Source: Octopus sinensis
Lineage: Eukaryota
Length of the DNA: 64,000 nt
Direction of reading: 5' to 3'
Assembly (NCBI RefSeq): GCF_006345805.1
Contig: NC_043007.1
Span: 28,954,001-29,018,000, forward strand
Shown: piece after piece, positions 25,321 to 38,394 of the stretch
How positions within the stretch are numbered: position 1 is the stretch's first letter
How the letters are laid out: each line of letters starts with the position of its first letter
Position numbers and translations under genes: made by a program
The notes under the pieces: model-generated
Database searches by the model: none
Told to the model about the DNA's origin: nothing
Seen by the model: the letters and a program-made list of their open reading frames with translations, nothing else

Positions 25321-25525
25321 TCATCATCATCATCGTCGTTTAGCATCCGTTTTCCATGCTAGCATGGGTTGGACGGTTCTACTGGGGTCTGTGAAGCCAG
25401 AAGGCTTCATCAGGCCCAGTCAAATCTGGCAGTGTTTCTACGGTTGGATGCCCTTCCTAACGCCAACCACTCCGTGAGTGTAGTGGGTGCTTTTTACGTG
25501 CCACCCGCACAGGTGCCAGACAGAG
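24865..25525 (-). mobile_element. two RTE-LINE tail copies (family B) separated by (TA)n
   Basis: (cat)n tails at ~24865 and ~25318, each followed by ggatgcccttcctaa.gccaaccac. Confidence 0.8.
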
Positions 25526-25534
25526 CTGTATAGT

Positions 25535-26470
25535 GCTCACATGCACTACAACTCACCAAAGAGTTATGTACAAAAGCCAGGAAAGTGAACAGTGCATGAG
25601 TCATGATATGTATGTGTGTGCATGCATATGGAGGGGGGATATCAGGTGTAGTGTTGGCGAATTTCAGGAAGCATGGAGGTTTTAAAGGATGCAATATCTT
25701 AGCAGCTAACAACTGATGCAGATAGTTTGTTCAGCAACTCTGAGGGTGAAAAAAATGTTTCTGAAAGTCATGGGAGCTGTGCTGTTTTCTAACTTTGTAG
25801 GCATGCCCACATGGAGCCCAAAGAGGTGCTCAAGATGGTTGTTGGCATGACGGTTAATAATTTTTGTGGGTGTTTACCAAGTCAGTTGCCAGACATCGGA
25901 GCTTCAATATATCTAAGCCCAGGGAAGCAAGGTGTTCAAAGTAAGGTAGATGCCTGATGGAGGGGATTTGCTTGGTTGCACATCTCTGAACAGTTTCTAG
26001 GAGATCAATGTCTTGAGCAAGATAGGGGTTCCAGACTGGTGATGCAAATTCCAAGTGTGGCTGCACCATAGCCATATACAGTCTTAAATAGATAGCTGGA
26101 GAGCAGCTGACAAAGGTCTTGCTGAGTGACGCCAAGAAACCCTCAGGCTTCTTGACAATTTTAGAGATGTGCTTTGTCCAGTGCAAATCACCACTGACAG
26201 TAAAGCCCAGGTCATGTTCACAAGAAGACATCTTGATATTAGTGTTATGGAGAGAGTATGTGGACGCTGGGTATTTCCTCCCAAAATGCATGGTGGTATG
26301 CTTGTTCACAGCCAGCTTGAGTTGCCAGTCCATGATCCATTGTTGCATTGTGTCCAAGTCTGATTGCAGGAAAGATCTGTAGTGTTCAGGATCTGTCCTT
26401 TTTATTTCAAGGTACAGCTTGATGTCATCTGCAAGCAATAACTTACAGGGCTCAATACAAATGTAGAGTA
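25535..26470 (-). mobile_element. 5'-truncated CR1-clade LINE (RT C-terminal region)
   Basis: LLADDIKLY..LQSDLD..W..WQLKLA..K..MHFG..DLG..V..DL.W..HI..PHLEFASPVWNPY..DIDLLETVQR.ATK. Confidence 0.9.
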
Positions 26471-27329
26471 TTCTTTGGTACATAGTGACTCAAAGGCTCT
26501 AATTTCCCATAATCCGAGTTGCTCGTTTTTGATCAGCAGCTGGTAAACGAGGCTTAGATTTCTTTTGACTATTCACTGTGCAAATATTTTTTTGAAATAT
26601 TGAGTGAAAGCTTGAAGGAAATGCTTATTGTTCTGTGCTTTTGTTGAGAAACCTTTGTGAACGACATGTGCAAAAATGACTGCTTCAAGCTCACATTTTT
26701 TTTTTTTCATTTCTGCTTGTCGTAGGAATATCATTATAAATGTTGTAAACTCTATAGAATCAAACTCGTGAAACTGTGTTGCTGTGTAAGCAATGTTCTG
26801 ATATAATACTTTTAAGTAATATGTTTATTTAATGCTTTCAATTAAAATTTAAAAAGAACTATGAGTATGCATGTGGGTGTTCATTTTGCATGCACCTCTG
26901 CAGACGCATAGATACAGACATATGTACACTCATAGATTCACATGTATACACAAAATTATACATACATGTACACACAATTATACATGAATGTACACATATG
27001 CTAATATACATATACTCACACATAGACATGCACACACACACACATATTAAAGTTTATATTAATAAAACTTGTTAATTAAACATTTCAAGCTCCCCACTGC
27101 ATTCCTGTAAGGTTGCACATTAATTTTAAATTCATGAGGACTTGTCTGATGCAAAATCCATTTAAACTTCAATAAAACCCTAATATATTTTCTGTTGGGG
27201 CTCATAAATGAATCTTTATGCTTATAATAATGGTTTTTTTTAATGTGACTTCCAGTGCCCCTTCCCCCCCCCCCCCCCCGATATGTTTTAGGTTGGTCAA
27301 ATCTTTTCTAAATATGTCTAACTTACAAC

Positions 27330-27720
27330 CATTACAATTTTTTGATAAAAATTTTATTCTCAGTAAATTCAGCATATATATTTCTTAATAAATCTAGAAT
27401 ATATAGCTCGATTATTTCATTTACCCAGGTGCCATCATTTGCTCCCATAGACACGTCAAATAATTTGTCTCTGCTTTCTTTAACCCATGTGTTGTTATTA
27501 AAAGACAGGTGTGATTTTTTTCTGAGGTGCCTAATCACATCAGTGTCCAACTCACAAATATCAATGATTGTTTGATTGTTTTTGCAAAACCTAAGGATTT
27601 CATTAACAGAGTTTTGGGTATTGAGGGATAAAAGTCAGCAATGTCAAAGAGCCTGACACTATAGTTCCCCCATCTCTTTTATCTGTTGTTCTTTTTCTTC
27701 AACCGAAATTGTTTTGAATG
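27330..27720 (-). mobile_element. Penelope-like RT fragment
   Basis: Minus strand FDIADF.PSIP..LL and LSFNNNTWVK..LFDVSMGANDG...EIIELYIL, matching the PLE FDVTMGSYDGAE.CELVGLY motif. Confidence 0.75.
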
Positions 27721-27734
27721 AATCATGACACATT

Positions 27735-27890
27735 TTATCCCATGCAGATCAATCTTGGCAACGACTCTCCCAAGATGTCAGTTTAAGCTGTAGAGATTTT
27801 AGGGATTGCTTCAACCTATCCTTATACCAAAGGAGAGGTCTTCCTTTGCCACAATATCCCTCCACTTGTTGGCCATACACAAGAATTTTT
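27735..27890 (-). mobile_element. RTE (BovB-like) ORF end fragment
   Basis: Minus strand LPKILVYGQQVEGYCGKGRPLLWYKDRLKQSLK...WESRCQD*SAW. Confidence 0.6.
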
Positions 27891-28580
27891 GGTAGTAATT
27901 ATCAATATACATATATGTTATACACACCTGTGGAGTTTGTAATTAGAGACTGACATAATTTACACATGCTTAGCTTTGCCACTTCCTCTAACTAACCCCA
28001 CACACTCTCTCTCTCTCTTTCTTTCTTTCTCTCTATGCCTTTATAAATAGTAATGATAGAGAGATTTTTGGGTAGCTTCCAATTCTTAGCTGTATTCCCA
28101 CACATACCCTAGAGAATAAAAGCACTTGCAAACATGCACGCATAAAGACTAACATAACACACATGCAAACACACTTGTAGACATATTTAGATACCACTGC
28201 ACATGCACAAATCTGTTTCTGACGGGAAGTTTAACATGTGAGCATGGCACCAAATTTTGGTAAAAGTTCAATACAAGTCTTCAGTTGTAATAAATCTTTG
28301 TGTCTTGTGTCCATCATAGAAGTGAAATGTCATAAAGGTCATCATGTGTTGCAAATAAATATCAACTGGCCAGAATTTTGTAAGATTATAGTTGAAGAAA
28401 AAATAAATGGTTGCAAGGTCAATGTACTTCAGTTTTGAAAACTTTGGTCAAGAGTTCAATTCTTAGTACCACAACCATTCTGTTGTGTCCCAGACTAGCA
28501 CATCGCATAACTTATTCCAGTTTATTTGGCTAGAATCGTTAAATGATATTCACCCAATCGTTTGACTCTTTAGTATATAA

Positions 28581-28786
28581 CCCTTTATCCATATCTGGTC
28601 AAAATATTCTACTTGTCTTATGTTCAAATGAGCCAGATGTGGCCCCTCACACCAACCCTACAATGTCATTCTAAAACTTTGCAGTTACCTCATCAAAATC
28701 TCAAAGGTACAAGAAAATTCATGATTAATTAAAGGCATATGAATAAATAAGCATTCCTTTGATAAAATAATCTGAATGCTAAAGGA
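28581..28786. mobile_element. TTAA-type (piggyBac-like) MITE, degraded
   Basis: (ta)taa-CCCTTTA at the left and gaatgctAAAGGA-TTAA at the right; same terminal signature as 30900-31110. Confidence 0.55.
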
Positions 28787-28798
28787 TTAAGGGACCAA

Positions 28799-29000
28799 GG
28801 CTATCATTCCAGCTGTCAGAGGTACTGAGGCAATCTACCCAGCTGTCAAAGGTACCAAGGCTATCTAATCGAGCTGTCAGAGGTACCAAGACTATCTAAT
28901 CGAGCTGTCAGAGGTACCAAGGCTATCTAATCGAGCTGTCAGAGGTACCAAGGCTATCTAATCGAGCTGTCAGAGGTACCAAGGCTATCTACCCAGCTGT
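28799..29000. repeat. 30/31-bp tandem repeat, about 6.5 units
   Basis: Unit ctatctaatcgagctgtcagaggtaccaagg starts at 28801, 28831, 28861, 28892, 28923, 28954, 28985. Confidence 0.95.
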
Positions 29001-29244
29001 TAGGATGTAACAATAGAAAAACAGCTATGTTCGCAGGTGATGACCATTGTTTGCCCTTGGTTTGGAATGGACAGTCTCTTCAAGCTGAAAGACTATTGAT
29101 TATAGTTTCTTCATAATTATTGCTTCATATCAATAAGAGATTTCAAAATTTAGACAATCATCTTTTCACCTTGATTTTATAATTTTCCATTAAAAAATCA
29201 ATGAGCTTTTGACATCCCTGAAATTCAGTAGGTTTTCTCCCATT

Positions 29245-29480
29245 CTCCCATGAGCTGGAAGAATCATTAGCACATCAACCAAAATGCTTTGACAGCATTT
29301 CCTCCAGCTCTTTATGTTCTGAGTTCAAATTCCTTCAAGGTCAACTTTGCTTTCCATCTTTTTTTTTTGGGAGGGTGTCAATAAAATAAGCACCAGTTGA
29401 GCACTGGTACTCATATAATTGATTAGTCCTCTCCCTCAAAATTTCAGGTTTTGTGCCTTTACTAGATAAATTTATTATTA
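29245..29480 (+). mobile_element. type-D SINE
   Basis: gagctggaagaatcattagcac..ctgagttcaaatt..aataaaataagcaccagttgagcactgg..aaaatttcaggttttgtgcc. Confidence 0.75.
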
Positions 29481-29544
29481 TTTAACTCTTGCAGTGTGAA
29501 GATGTTTCTTTTGCTTCCGTGTTTGAAATATGATCAATTCATGT

Positions 29545-29595
<51 letters not shown>

Positions 29596-30271
29596 TCACT
29601 CCAAAACATTCTTCCCTCTCTGCATCTGGTACTTCATCATTATGTCTTCCAACCCCAACTAATTTTACAAATACTCTCTTCTGATTATTTTAAAACAACC
29701 TGTTTTGCTAAAACTGGTCTATTCTATTCTCTTATCATTTTACCTAATCTAACTCTTTGCATCAGTTCTTCAATTACAACCTTTTTTCCTTTCATTTCCT
29801 TCTTTGCTTTCTATTTTCCTTCCAGTGCTTTCATGGCACCCCCCCCCACCTTTCTTTAAAGAGCTGTCATTGACTCATATCCTATATCAACCTCTTGAAG
29901 CTCTCTTTTAGCAGTTTTTTTTTCTCTTCATTAAAATATTTGTCCAACCAGTCTCTGTTTACCTGTCTTTTGTTACCATTCCTGCTACAGCCATGTAGAG
30001 GTTATTTACTGCCAGGAGAGGAGTGGAACATATCCTATCAAACCTTTAGCTTTATTTTTCTCTCTTCTTTATAGTCTCCCTATCTCTCATAACTCCTAAT
30101 GTTAGCAAGCTTTTTATTATCATTATTATTTCATTAGAGTTGAACTAATATCTCATCCATTAATGCAATTTCATTGTCATTCCCACCATCTTGCCACATT
30201 TTCAACTTTATTTCCTCTCTATCCAACTGCAAGAGTTTAACTCTCTGCCCCTGCTCCCTCCTACTTTCTCT

Positions 30272-30328
<57 letters not shown>

Positions 30329-30332
<4 letters not shown>

Positions 30333-30630
30333 CGTGACCGACCAGGCTATCAGATGTTGCTACACATTGCTGGTCACAATGCGCTTCACATTGTTTTAGC
30401 CTTCAAATCACGCCAACCTGCTGGCTTAGTGAGCAGACTAACAGAAGAAAGAGTGAGAGAAAGTTGTGACGAAAGAGTACAGCAGGGATTGCCACCACCC
30501 CCTGCTGGAGCCTCATGGAGCTTCGGGTGTTTTTGCTCAATAAACACTCACAATGCCTGGTCTGGGAATCGAAACCGCGATCCTCCGACCGCAAGTCCGC
30601 TGCCCTAACCACTGGGCCATTGCCCCTCCA
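30329..30630 (-). mobile_element. tRNA-derived SINE (head type C, alternative tail)
   Basis: Minus head ggaggggcaatggcccagtggttagggcagcggacttgcggtcggaggatcgcggtttcgattcccagacc; ends in (TA)n at 30276-30328. Confidence 0.8.
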
Positions 30631-30899
30631 TATATATATACTTTCTCTCCATATCTATATATCTCCATCGTTCACATTACTTTTATCTCTATGTAATATA
30701 CGCCTTTCATTTTATGTTTATCTCCATTGTTGTTCTCTACTCGGTTTTCTATTTCTTGTTTAATTTCTCATATTCCAGGCTTGATAGGAAGCCACAATGC
30801 TTTTATAAAGCATGCATGTCCCACCAGTTTCTGTTCTGTCATTAGAAACCTCTACCTTGTTCCAAACCGTTAACATTCCTCACCTATACCTGCTCTTAA

Positions 30900-31110
30900 C
30901 CCTTTCGTTACCATATTGCTCTGTGTTTCTTTTAATTAATTTTAAATATAACAAAGAATTTAGTAAAATAACTTAGTTATCATTCAGCTAGTGTTAGGAA
31001 CATAAATTATGACTAAGGTTTGGTGGAAGATTTTAATTCAGAACTTATGGAAACAAGACATCTGTACTACAGAGCCAGAGCTGGTTTCAGATGGGTTGGT
31101 ATCGAAAGGG
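30900..31110. mobile_element. 211-bp piggyBac-like MITE with TTAA target-site duplication
   Basis: TTAA at 30896-99 and 31111-14; TIR CCCTTTCG(T/A)TACCA, 13/14 identical. Confidence 0.9.
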
Positions 31111-31526
31111 TTAAGTGGTTCACTCATAAACAGACATTTTATTACTTTGTTATTCAGTTCTGTCATGTGAGTGGTTCTAGTTGGTTCCTCTTGTCTTTGT
31201 AGCTCATTAAGCTTCCGCATCAGTGTAGCAGACAATGGAACATAATGCGGTCTTCAAAACTGTCGGATTTTGTCAAATCATTCAGTTGATGCCAACATGG
31301 AAGATGGACATTAGAATATGATGCTGATGTATAAACATACATGCATGCATCATTTAACATGTGTGTTCCATTCTGAGACGTGGTTTATTGGTCAAAAAGT
31401 CTGTCTCACAATCACGATGTCCATGTAAATAGAAACGACATCGAAGCTTATCAGATTGACTGAACTCTGGAATTCAAAAGGTCTGGCTTTGTCACACCAA
31501 TTCTCCTTGAGAATTACATTAAGGCT

Positions 31527-31562
<36 letters not shown>

Positions 31563-31679
31563 GTGTAATACTCAACTACTTTACACACTAATTCAATGAC
31601 TAAGTCATTTAGCTGATTCAGCAACTTTTGATGGATGCTCATGTGTCATTTGTGTGTGTGTGTGTGTGTGTAAATGAAA

Positions 31680-31975
31680 TCCATTTACCGTCCACTTTCC
31701 CTTGCTTGCATGGGTTGGAAGGAATTTGTTGATGTGGATTTTCTACAGCTGGATGCCCTTGCTGTACCCAACCTCACCCCTTTCCAAGTAAGGTAATATT
31801 TCCCCCCTCATGGCCAGACAGGTTTTTCACAGAAGAATGGAAATGAAGGACACCACTTGTATGGTGGTGACACTTGTTTACAACTATCACATAATGATGT
31901 CAGGACAAAGAGACAATAACACTCATACACACACACACGCGTGTGGTGTGATGGGCTTTTTTTAGTTTCCATTCA
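31680..31975 (-). mobile_element. SINE with RTE-type tail (type E)
   Basis: RTE tail (ttctacagctggatgccctt) joined to the type-E body and a CA tract. Confidence 0.7.
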
Positions 31976-31989
31976 CAATTCTGCTCATA

Positions 31990-32325
31990 CGAGGGTTCCA
32001 GTTGAAACAATCAACGGAACAGCCTGCTCGAGAAATTAACATGCAAGTGGCTGAGCACTCCACAGACATGTGTACCCTTAATGTAGTTCTCAGGGAGATT
32101 CAGCGTGACACAAAGTGTGACAATGCCGACCCTTTGAAATACAGGTACAAGAGAAACAGGAAGAAAGAGAGAAGGTTGTGGTGAAAGAATACAGCAGGGT
32201 TCGTCACCTCGTGGAGCTTTAGATGTTTTCACTCAATAAACATTCACAACACCTGGTCTTGGAATTGAAACCACAATCCTACGACAGCAAATCCATTGCC
32301 CTAACCACTGGGCCATTGCGCCTCC
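31990..32325 (-). mobile_element. tRNA-derived SINE (head type C)
   Basis: ccctaaccactgggccattgcgcctcc head (reverse complement) and ttctcagggagattcagc.tgac body shared with 22850. Confidence 0.8.
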
Positions 32326-34016
32326 ACAGTCTGTGAATATAATAGAAGAGATTCCACTTGCCAAAGGTGCCATGGGACGAACTGAACCCCAAAACAACAG
32401 GACTAAGAAGTGAATCTCTCAACCAGACAGCCATACATACAAACACACATGTACATATATATATATTCATTTATATATATTTATCCACATACATTGTCCC
32501 CCAGCCACACTTTCCTACACCCACACACACAGCCACACTCACAAATATCATGTTGCTTTAAAACATCGTTAAGTGTTGATTAAAACTGCCCTTCTGGAAT
32601 GTCTAACTACTTGAAAATGTACTGATTTTATGGAATTTTCTCTCCCACAAATGAAAATTAATTTTTAAATATTTACAAAATATACATTCATTTTTGCTAG
32701 TACAGAACCCATGATGGCTAAGTTAATTACTACTTTATTAATTTGGATTTCATGTTGAATTTAATTATTAAGACCCTGTTAAAGTACTTTTTCAACACTA
32801 CTTGAATTTCACTTAATTTCCCAAGTCTAAATTATCAAGTTATTCAAATTTTGGGTTTTTAGGGTCAGTTGTAAGATTTTCTAAAGACCCCTGCCTCTTT
32901 TCATTCTGCTGTGTGAGTGCACAAGTTTAAAGATATACAATATTTCAAATTGAAATTCTAGAAGTTTAATTTTGCTTAAAAATCATTTTTCTAATCAGCA
33001 AATGAAATAGAACAAATTTTCAAAAACATTTGATAATGAGGTGTTGCAATAATTTTAAGAACGACTTTTTATAATTAAAACACAGATATATGTAATGTTC
33101 TATTTGTTCTAATTAAAATTTTTGTCCATAAATTCTTCTCTGATAGGAAATAAAATCAAGCTTCAAGTGCAGAGGGAAATTTGAACTTAAAAAAACACCT
33201 GCTACAAAGATTATCTGTTAGCCACGCAGAAATACACTTGTATCAATTTCTATAAATGATAGACAAAACCCTCAACTTAATCTCTCTCAGTTTAATGTAC
33301 AGTTATGGAAGTTAGAAATGGGGATTTTAAATTTCTCAGAAATTTCAAATTGTTTTCATCTATAATTTTCAAACCATTTTTTCCTAAGTTATTGTAAGTT
33401 GGACTAAACATTTGTACATCAAATGTTGAGGCATTAAAATAATTTTTACAGCAAAATAGATTCCTGTCCAAGAATCAACCCTTTAATCAGAAATTTAAGT
33501 GGTCCCATATTTGTTCTTGTTTTATAACAATAACTCTTAACAGAAACTATCCTACAATTCCATCCCTCCCCATTACTCACACTACTACTTACAGTTACTC
33601 TTACAGTATTTTTTTCCCTTAAATTTCATTAATTCAAACACTGAACAATACATAAACAGTCCCTTATTCTAAAGAACCTTATCTTAAAGAATTCATTTCT
33701 GTCTGAGGGATCTTGTGAAGCATTAAACCCACCAGGGTCCCAAATGTTGAATTTCACTTATTTCATTCCTGTCTTATTCTCCGGGCTCTGGAAATATCCT
33801 TCTTTCTCAGATGCACTGATATTGGAAATTAAATGAATTTTGGAATATGCTAGACATTATTTCCTCATTCAGGTCAATACCAAACCTCTCAGCCACCACC
33901 ATTCTCCATTAATTTCTTATAAAATGGGAAGATGGACGTTAATTGTCGAAAGATGTGAGTGCCTGACAACACATCAGGTGCCAATCCCCATTCTTGGAAT
34001 AATATTATTATTATTA

Positions 34017-34405
34017 TCTATATATATAAAGCTGAAGTTGTCTGTATATGGCAGGTTTGATAGCCTTCAACTAACACTATCTCCTCCGAGACCCTGCGGA
34101 GCAAGTTGACCAAAATTGAGAATATGATAGAAGAAGGCTTGCTCTTCCTTCCGTAGAAGATAAAATTCAAATTGGACCATGTTAACACCAAAAATTATTT
34201 ACATCAAAAAGGTACTTTTTTTCTATGAAAATCCCTATTTTTACGATTTTCTGACAGCTGTGTCACCATTTTTCGGTGTATTTCAACCAGAAAAATGTTC
34301 ACTTAAAGAGAATAACAAGCTACATAATGCAAAATTTTTACTTTTCAAAAATTCCAATTCTAAAGGGTCGAAACAAACCCAAGTAACGCTGGGCGATACT
34401 GCTAG
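34017..34405 (+). mobile_element. 389-bp non-autonomous Helitron
   Basis: 5' TC(TATATATATAAAG), 3' CTAG preceded by the imperfect hairpin cccaagtaacgctggg; inserted between A (34016) and T (34406) in an (att)n tract; no TSD. Confidence 0.85.
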
Positions 34406-34411
34406 TTATTA

Positions 34412-35078
34412 ATAATTCTTCCTACTATAAACACAACGCCTGCAATTTTAATGGCAGTGCTAGCAGATTACATTGACCCCAGTGCTCAACTTGTACTTAT
34501 TTTATCAGCTCTGAGAAGATGAAAAGCAAACTCGACCTCAGCAGAATTTGAACTCAGAATGCAAGAAAGGCTGCTAAGCATCTTCTCTGGCATACTAAAA
34601 TTTCTGTCAGCTAATTGCCTTTTAATAATAATAATAATTGACACAAGGCCAGCAATTTCAGGGTGGGCCATAAGGTGATTATATTGACCCCAGTGTATAA
34701 CTGGTACTTATTTTATTGACTCTGAAAGGATGAAAGGCAATTTCAACCCCGGAGGAATTTCAACTTAGAACACAGAGATGGACAAAATGCTGCTAAGTAT
34801 TTTGTCTGGTGTGCTAATGGTTCAGTCAGCTCACCGCTTTTTAATAATAATAATAATGATAATAATCCTTTCTACTAAAGTCACAAGGCCTGAAATTTGT
34901 GTGGAGGGGACTAGTCAATTACATCGACCCCAGTGTTTCACTGGTACTTGATTTATCGACCCCAAAAGGGTGAAAGGCAAAGTTGACCTCAGCGGAATTT
35001 GAACTCAGAATGTAAAGACAGGCAAAATACCGCTAAGCATTTTGCCTGATGTACTAACAATTCTGCCAGCTCACTGCT

Positions 35079-35127
<49 letters not shown>

Positions 35128-35900
35128 TAACAATAATCATTGTTTAATGTCCATTTTCCATGCTGGCATGGATTGGACAGTTTGACAGGGGACTGGCAAG
35201 CCAGGAGGCTGCACCAGGCTCCAATCTGATCTGGCAACGTTTCTACAGTTGAATGTCCTTCGTAATGCCAACCACTTGAAGAGTGTAGTGGGTGCTATAA
35301 TAATAAACAGAAGAAGAAGAAGGAGGGTTTCTAATTTAGGCCGATGGTCAGCAATTTTGATGGGAGGGGGTTGATACCATGGAACCAAGTATTTATTTAA
35401 ATGGTACTTTTTTTCTCTCATTACCCTCAGGGTTATGAAAAATAAAGAAGAAACTCAGAATTTTGACTCAGAATATAAAGGGACCAGAAGAAAAATTTGC
35501 ATGACATCATTTTCAGATTCACTAACAACTCTGACCATTCACTGCTCTAATAATAATTCCTCCTAATTTTGGCACAGCACCAGCAATTTTGAGGGGAGGG
35601 GCAAGTCAGTTCTATCAACCTCAGCGTTTGACTGGTTCTTTTATTTTATTAATCACCAAAGCATGAAAGGCAGAGTTACCCTTGGTGAGATTTGAGCTGA
35701 AAGCATAAAAAGAGCTGCAAGAAATGCTGCCAAGCATTTTGTCTGATACGGAATGGTTTATTTGACTAACTCAACCCTAGTATGCAGCAGGTATTTATTC
35801 TATCAATGCTGAAATGATGAAAGGTAAGGTTGACATCAGTAGGATTTCATCTGAGAATCATGTATTGATACACAACTAACTCACTGTGCATTTCCTTTTT
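34412..35900 (-). mobile_element. cluster of about 5-6 type-D SINE copies separated by (aat)n, with one RTE tail at 35137-35300
   Basis: gaccccagtg..tacttattttat..gaaaggcaaa.tcgacctc.gc.gaatttgaactcagaa recurs near 34480, 34690, 34930, 35400, 35620, 35780 with increasing decay. Confidence 0.75.
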
Positions 35901-37149
35901 TCTACATTTTCTCAAAATAATTTGTCACCAAAGTGTTCGAAGGGAGTGGATTACGTGCGCAGAAAACTTATCTACATTGAAAAAGCTATAAATTTGCAGA
36001 AAGAAGTAGCATCCAATAAACCTCAATGCATGACTGGTACTTATTTTAGACCCCATAAAAATGAAAAGCAATGTCAACCTCTGTGTGTTTTGATCTCATA
36101 AAATAAATAAATACTGCCAGGGATGAGGTGCAGGGCTCCACCAATTCTGTCAATCACAGTTCATCATAAGTGTCTCTTTATTTTTGCCACAAAAGTGATG
36201 GATGGAGGAACATTATGGAGACGGATTACAAATTATGCAAGGATTTTACACAGCTCACACTTCCATAGCGTGGAAAGTCCAAAGAGAGAATGACCAATCA
36301 AAAAAGCCCACTAATTCAATATTGCCTGGGATGCCAAAAGGTCAGTATTCCAGTGGTCAGTTCTTAAATAGGTCCACTCACTTGAGTAATGTTTGCTCTT
36401 CTCATTCACCTTTTAAAATATTTATATTGAAGTGCTCCAACCTCAGAAAATTGAGCCAAAACTGGTTGCACTGAGGACAGCTGCCCAGTTGTGATGGTCA
36501 ATTCTGTCAAAACTTTTTGAATCACATCAATTAGAGCCCAACCTAAATCAAATTTCTCACCCAAAAAAGCATCAAGTGAGGTGGGTTGGATCTATTATTA
36601 CAGGAAATAATAAATATTTCTCACAGAGAAGCCAGATCTTATGTTTGTGGAAAAGAAGTTTAGTTAAGTTAACTGAGTATATTACTGGTACATATTTGAT
36701 GACATGAAAAGAGAGAAAAATGAACTCTGATAGAAAACTAAGAATTACATCATTTTGGTAAAAATTTACAAATTCTCTTCCGGTATTTTATTTATATTCC
36801 TTCAAGTCATTTGTTTAACCTCCATAAAATATCTTATAAATGACTTCTGAAGAACCTTTCACCCATCAGGGGATCATTGCTAAGCAGAAATATCACTCAT
36901 CCTCACCTTCCCCCTCAAACATGTGGAATTATCACTTAGGTTAGAAATGAATTTATAAAAGAGAAAATATTAAGAATTTGAAGAAATCCTTTCTAGAATT
37001 TAGTTATAGTCTATAAGATTTAGTTTATTAAGAACATTTGATAAAAGAGGTTAGTGGTGGAGGAGGTGATGCTAGTAGGGTTAATGTTATGGGTTTTTTG
37101 TCTTTTTAGGGTAAACCAATAAACAAACTGATTGTACATTACCAAATAA

Positions 37150-37187
<38 letters not shown>

Positions 37188-37709
37188 TCAAGAATAGAGC
37201 CCAGCATCTCTGCCAAACATTTTCTAGTATTTCATCATTAAGATACTTCAAAAATCATTTCTTTTTTTTTTGTTTGTTTTGTTTGCTCTTCATCTGTTAG
37301 AAATGTGATAGGATCCATGGGGTATGCGAGGTACATGTAGTACACTGGGTATGTAGGGTAGATAGAGCAGGTAAGGTATGTAGAGCATGGTGGTGCTGGT
37401 GGAGGAAGGAAGCAAAGACTTAGAGAGAAATCAGTAGAAGAGGAAGAAACTTGAGAGACACACAGACAGACTGAATGTGAATAAGATGGTTTATGGAGTG
37501 TCTGTGAGTACATTGGAAAGTAGAGAAAGAGGGGGAGGAATCAGAGAAGCAGTGTATGTGTGTGTGCACATTTATATGTATATATAGGTATGTAGATATG
37601 TGTGTGTGTGTGTGTGTGTGCATGTGACAGAAGTATACCCCATACATAAACTGGAGTTAATAACAATAAAAGCAGATGGTGTAAATTCAGTCAAAATTAC
37701 TGATTTACA

Positions 37710-37744
<35 letters not shown>

Positions 37745-37907
37745 CATTATTATGGTTATTATTGGCTGATGCCAACTTTGCCTTCCATTATTCAATAGAA
37801 TAAAGCACCAGTTAAGTACAGAAGTCGACATAATTCTTAGCCCCAAAATTACAGGCCTTGTGCTTATGTTAGAAACAATAGTAGTAGTAGTAGTAATAAT
37901 AATGATG

Positions 37908-37945
<38 letters not shown>

Positions 37946-38394
37946 CATTATTATTATTATTATATGTCTTTGTGAGTGTGTGTGCATGTGTATGCATGTA
38001 TGTGTACATTCCGATTGCTGCTTCCTTCATCACGCTCTTTCTCATCTTGCACCTCTTTTCTACCTTCTCTTTTGGTCATAATGCCCACAACATAACAGAG
38101 ACAATGTGAAGGGAGTGAGGACGTTTTCTTGCCTTGCAGGATAAAAACAAACTCTCTAGTGTGGGTGCCACAATAAAATGCATTCAAGTTATTCTGGGAA
38201 GTGGTTGGCATTGGGAAGGATACCAGTTGTGCCAAAATAGAATACACATGTGAGATGTGACTTTTTAACACCTCTCAGTGGTCAATAACAGCAAATATGA
38301 CCTGACCCACATAGTGAGCACTCATCCAACACATGTCAGCATGGAAAACAGACAAAATAATAATGATGATATGTGTATATATATATATATATAT

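Noticed and set aside
25854-26483. 209-aa ORF as a host gene
   Set aside because: Decayed CR1 reverse-transcriptase fragment.
28799-29000. CRISPR-like 31-bp repeats
   Set aside because: Units are contiguous with no unique spacers; eukaryotic context; no cas genes.
30550-30630. tRNA gene
   Set aside because: A/B-box-like motifs are present but the acceptor stem is not complementary, and the sequence continues into a repeated SINE body.
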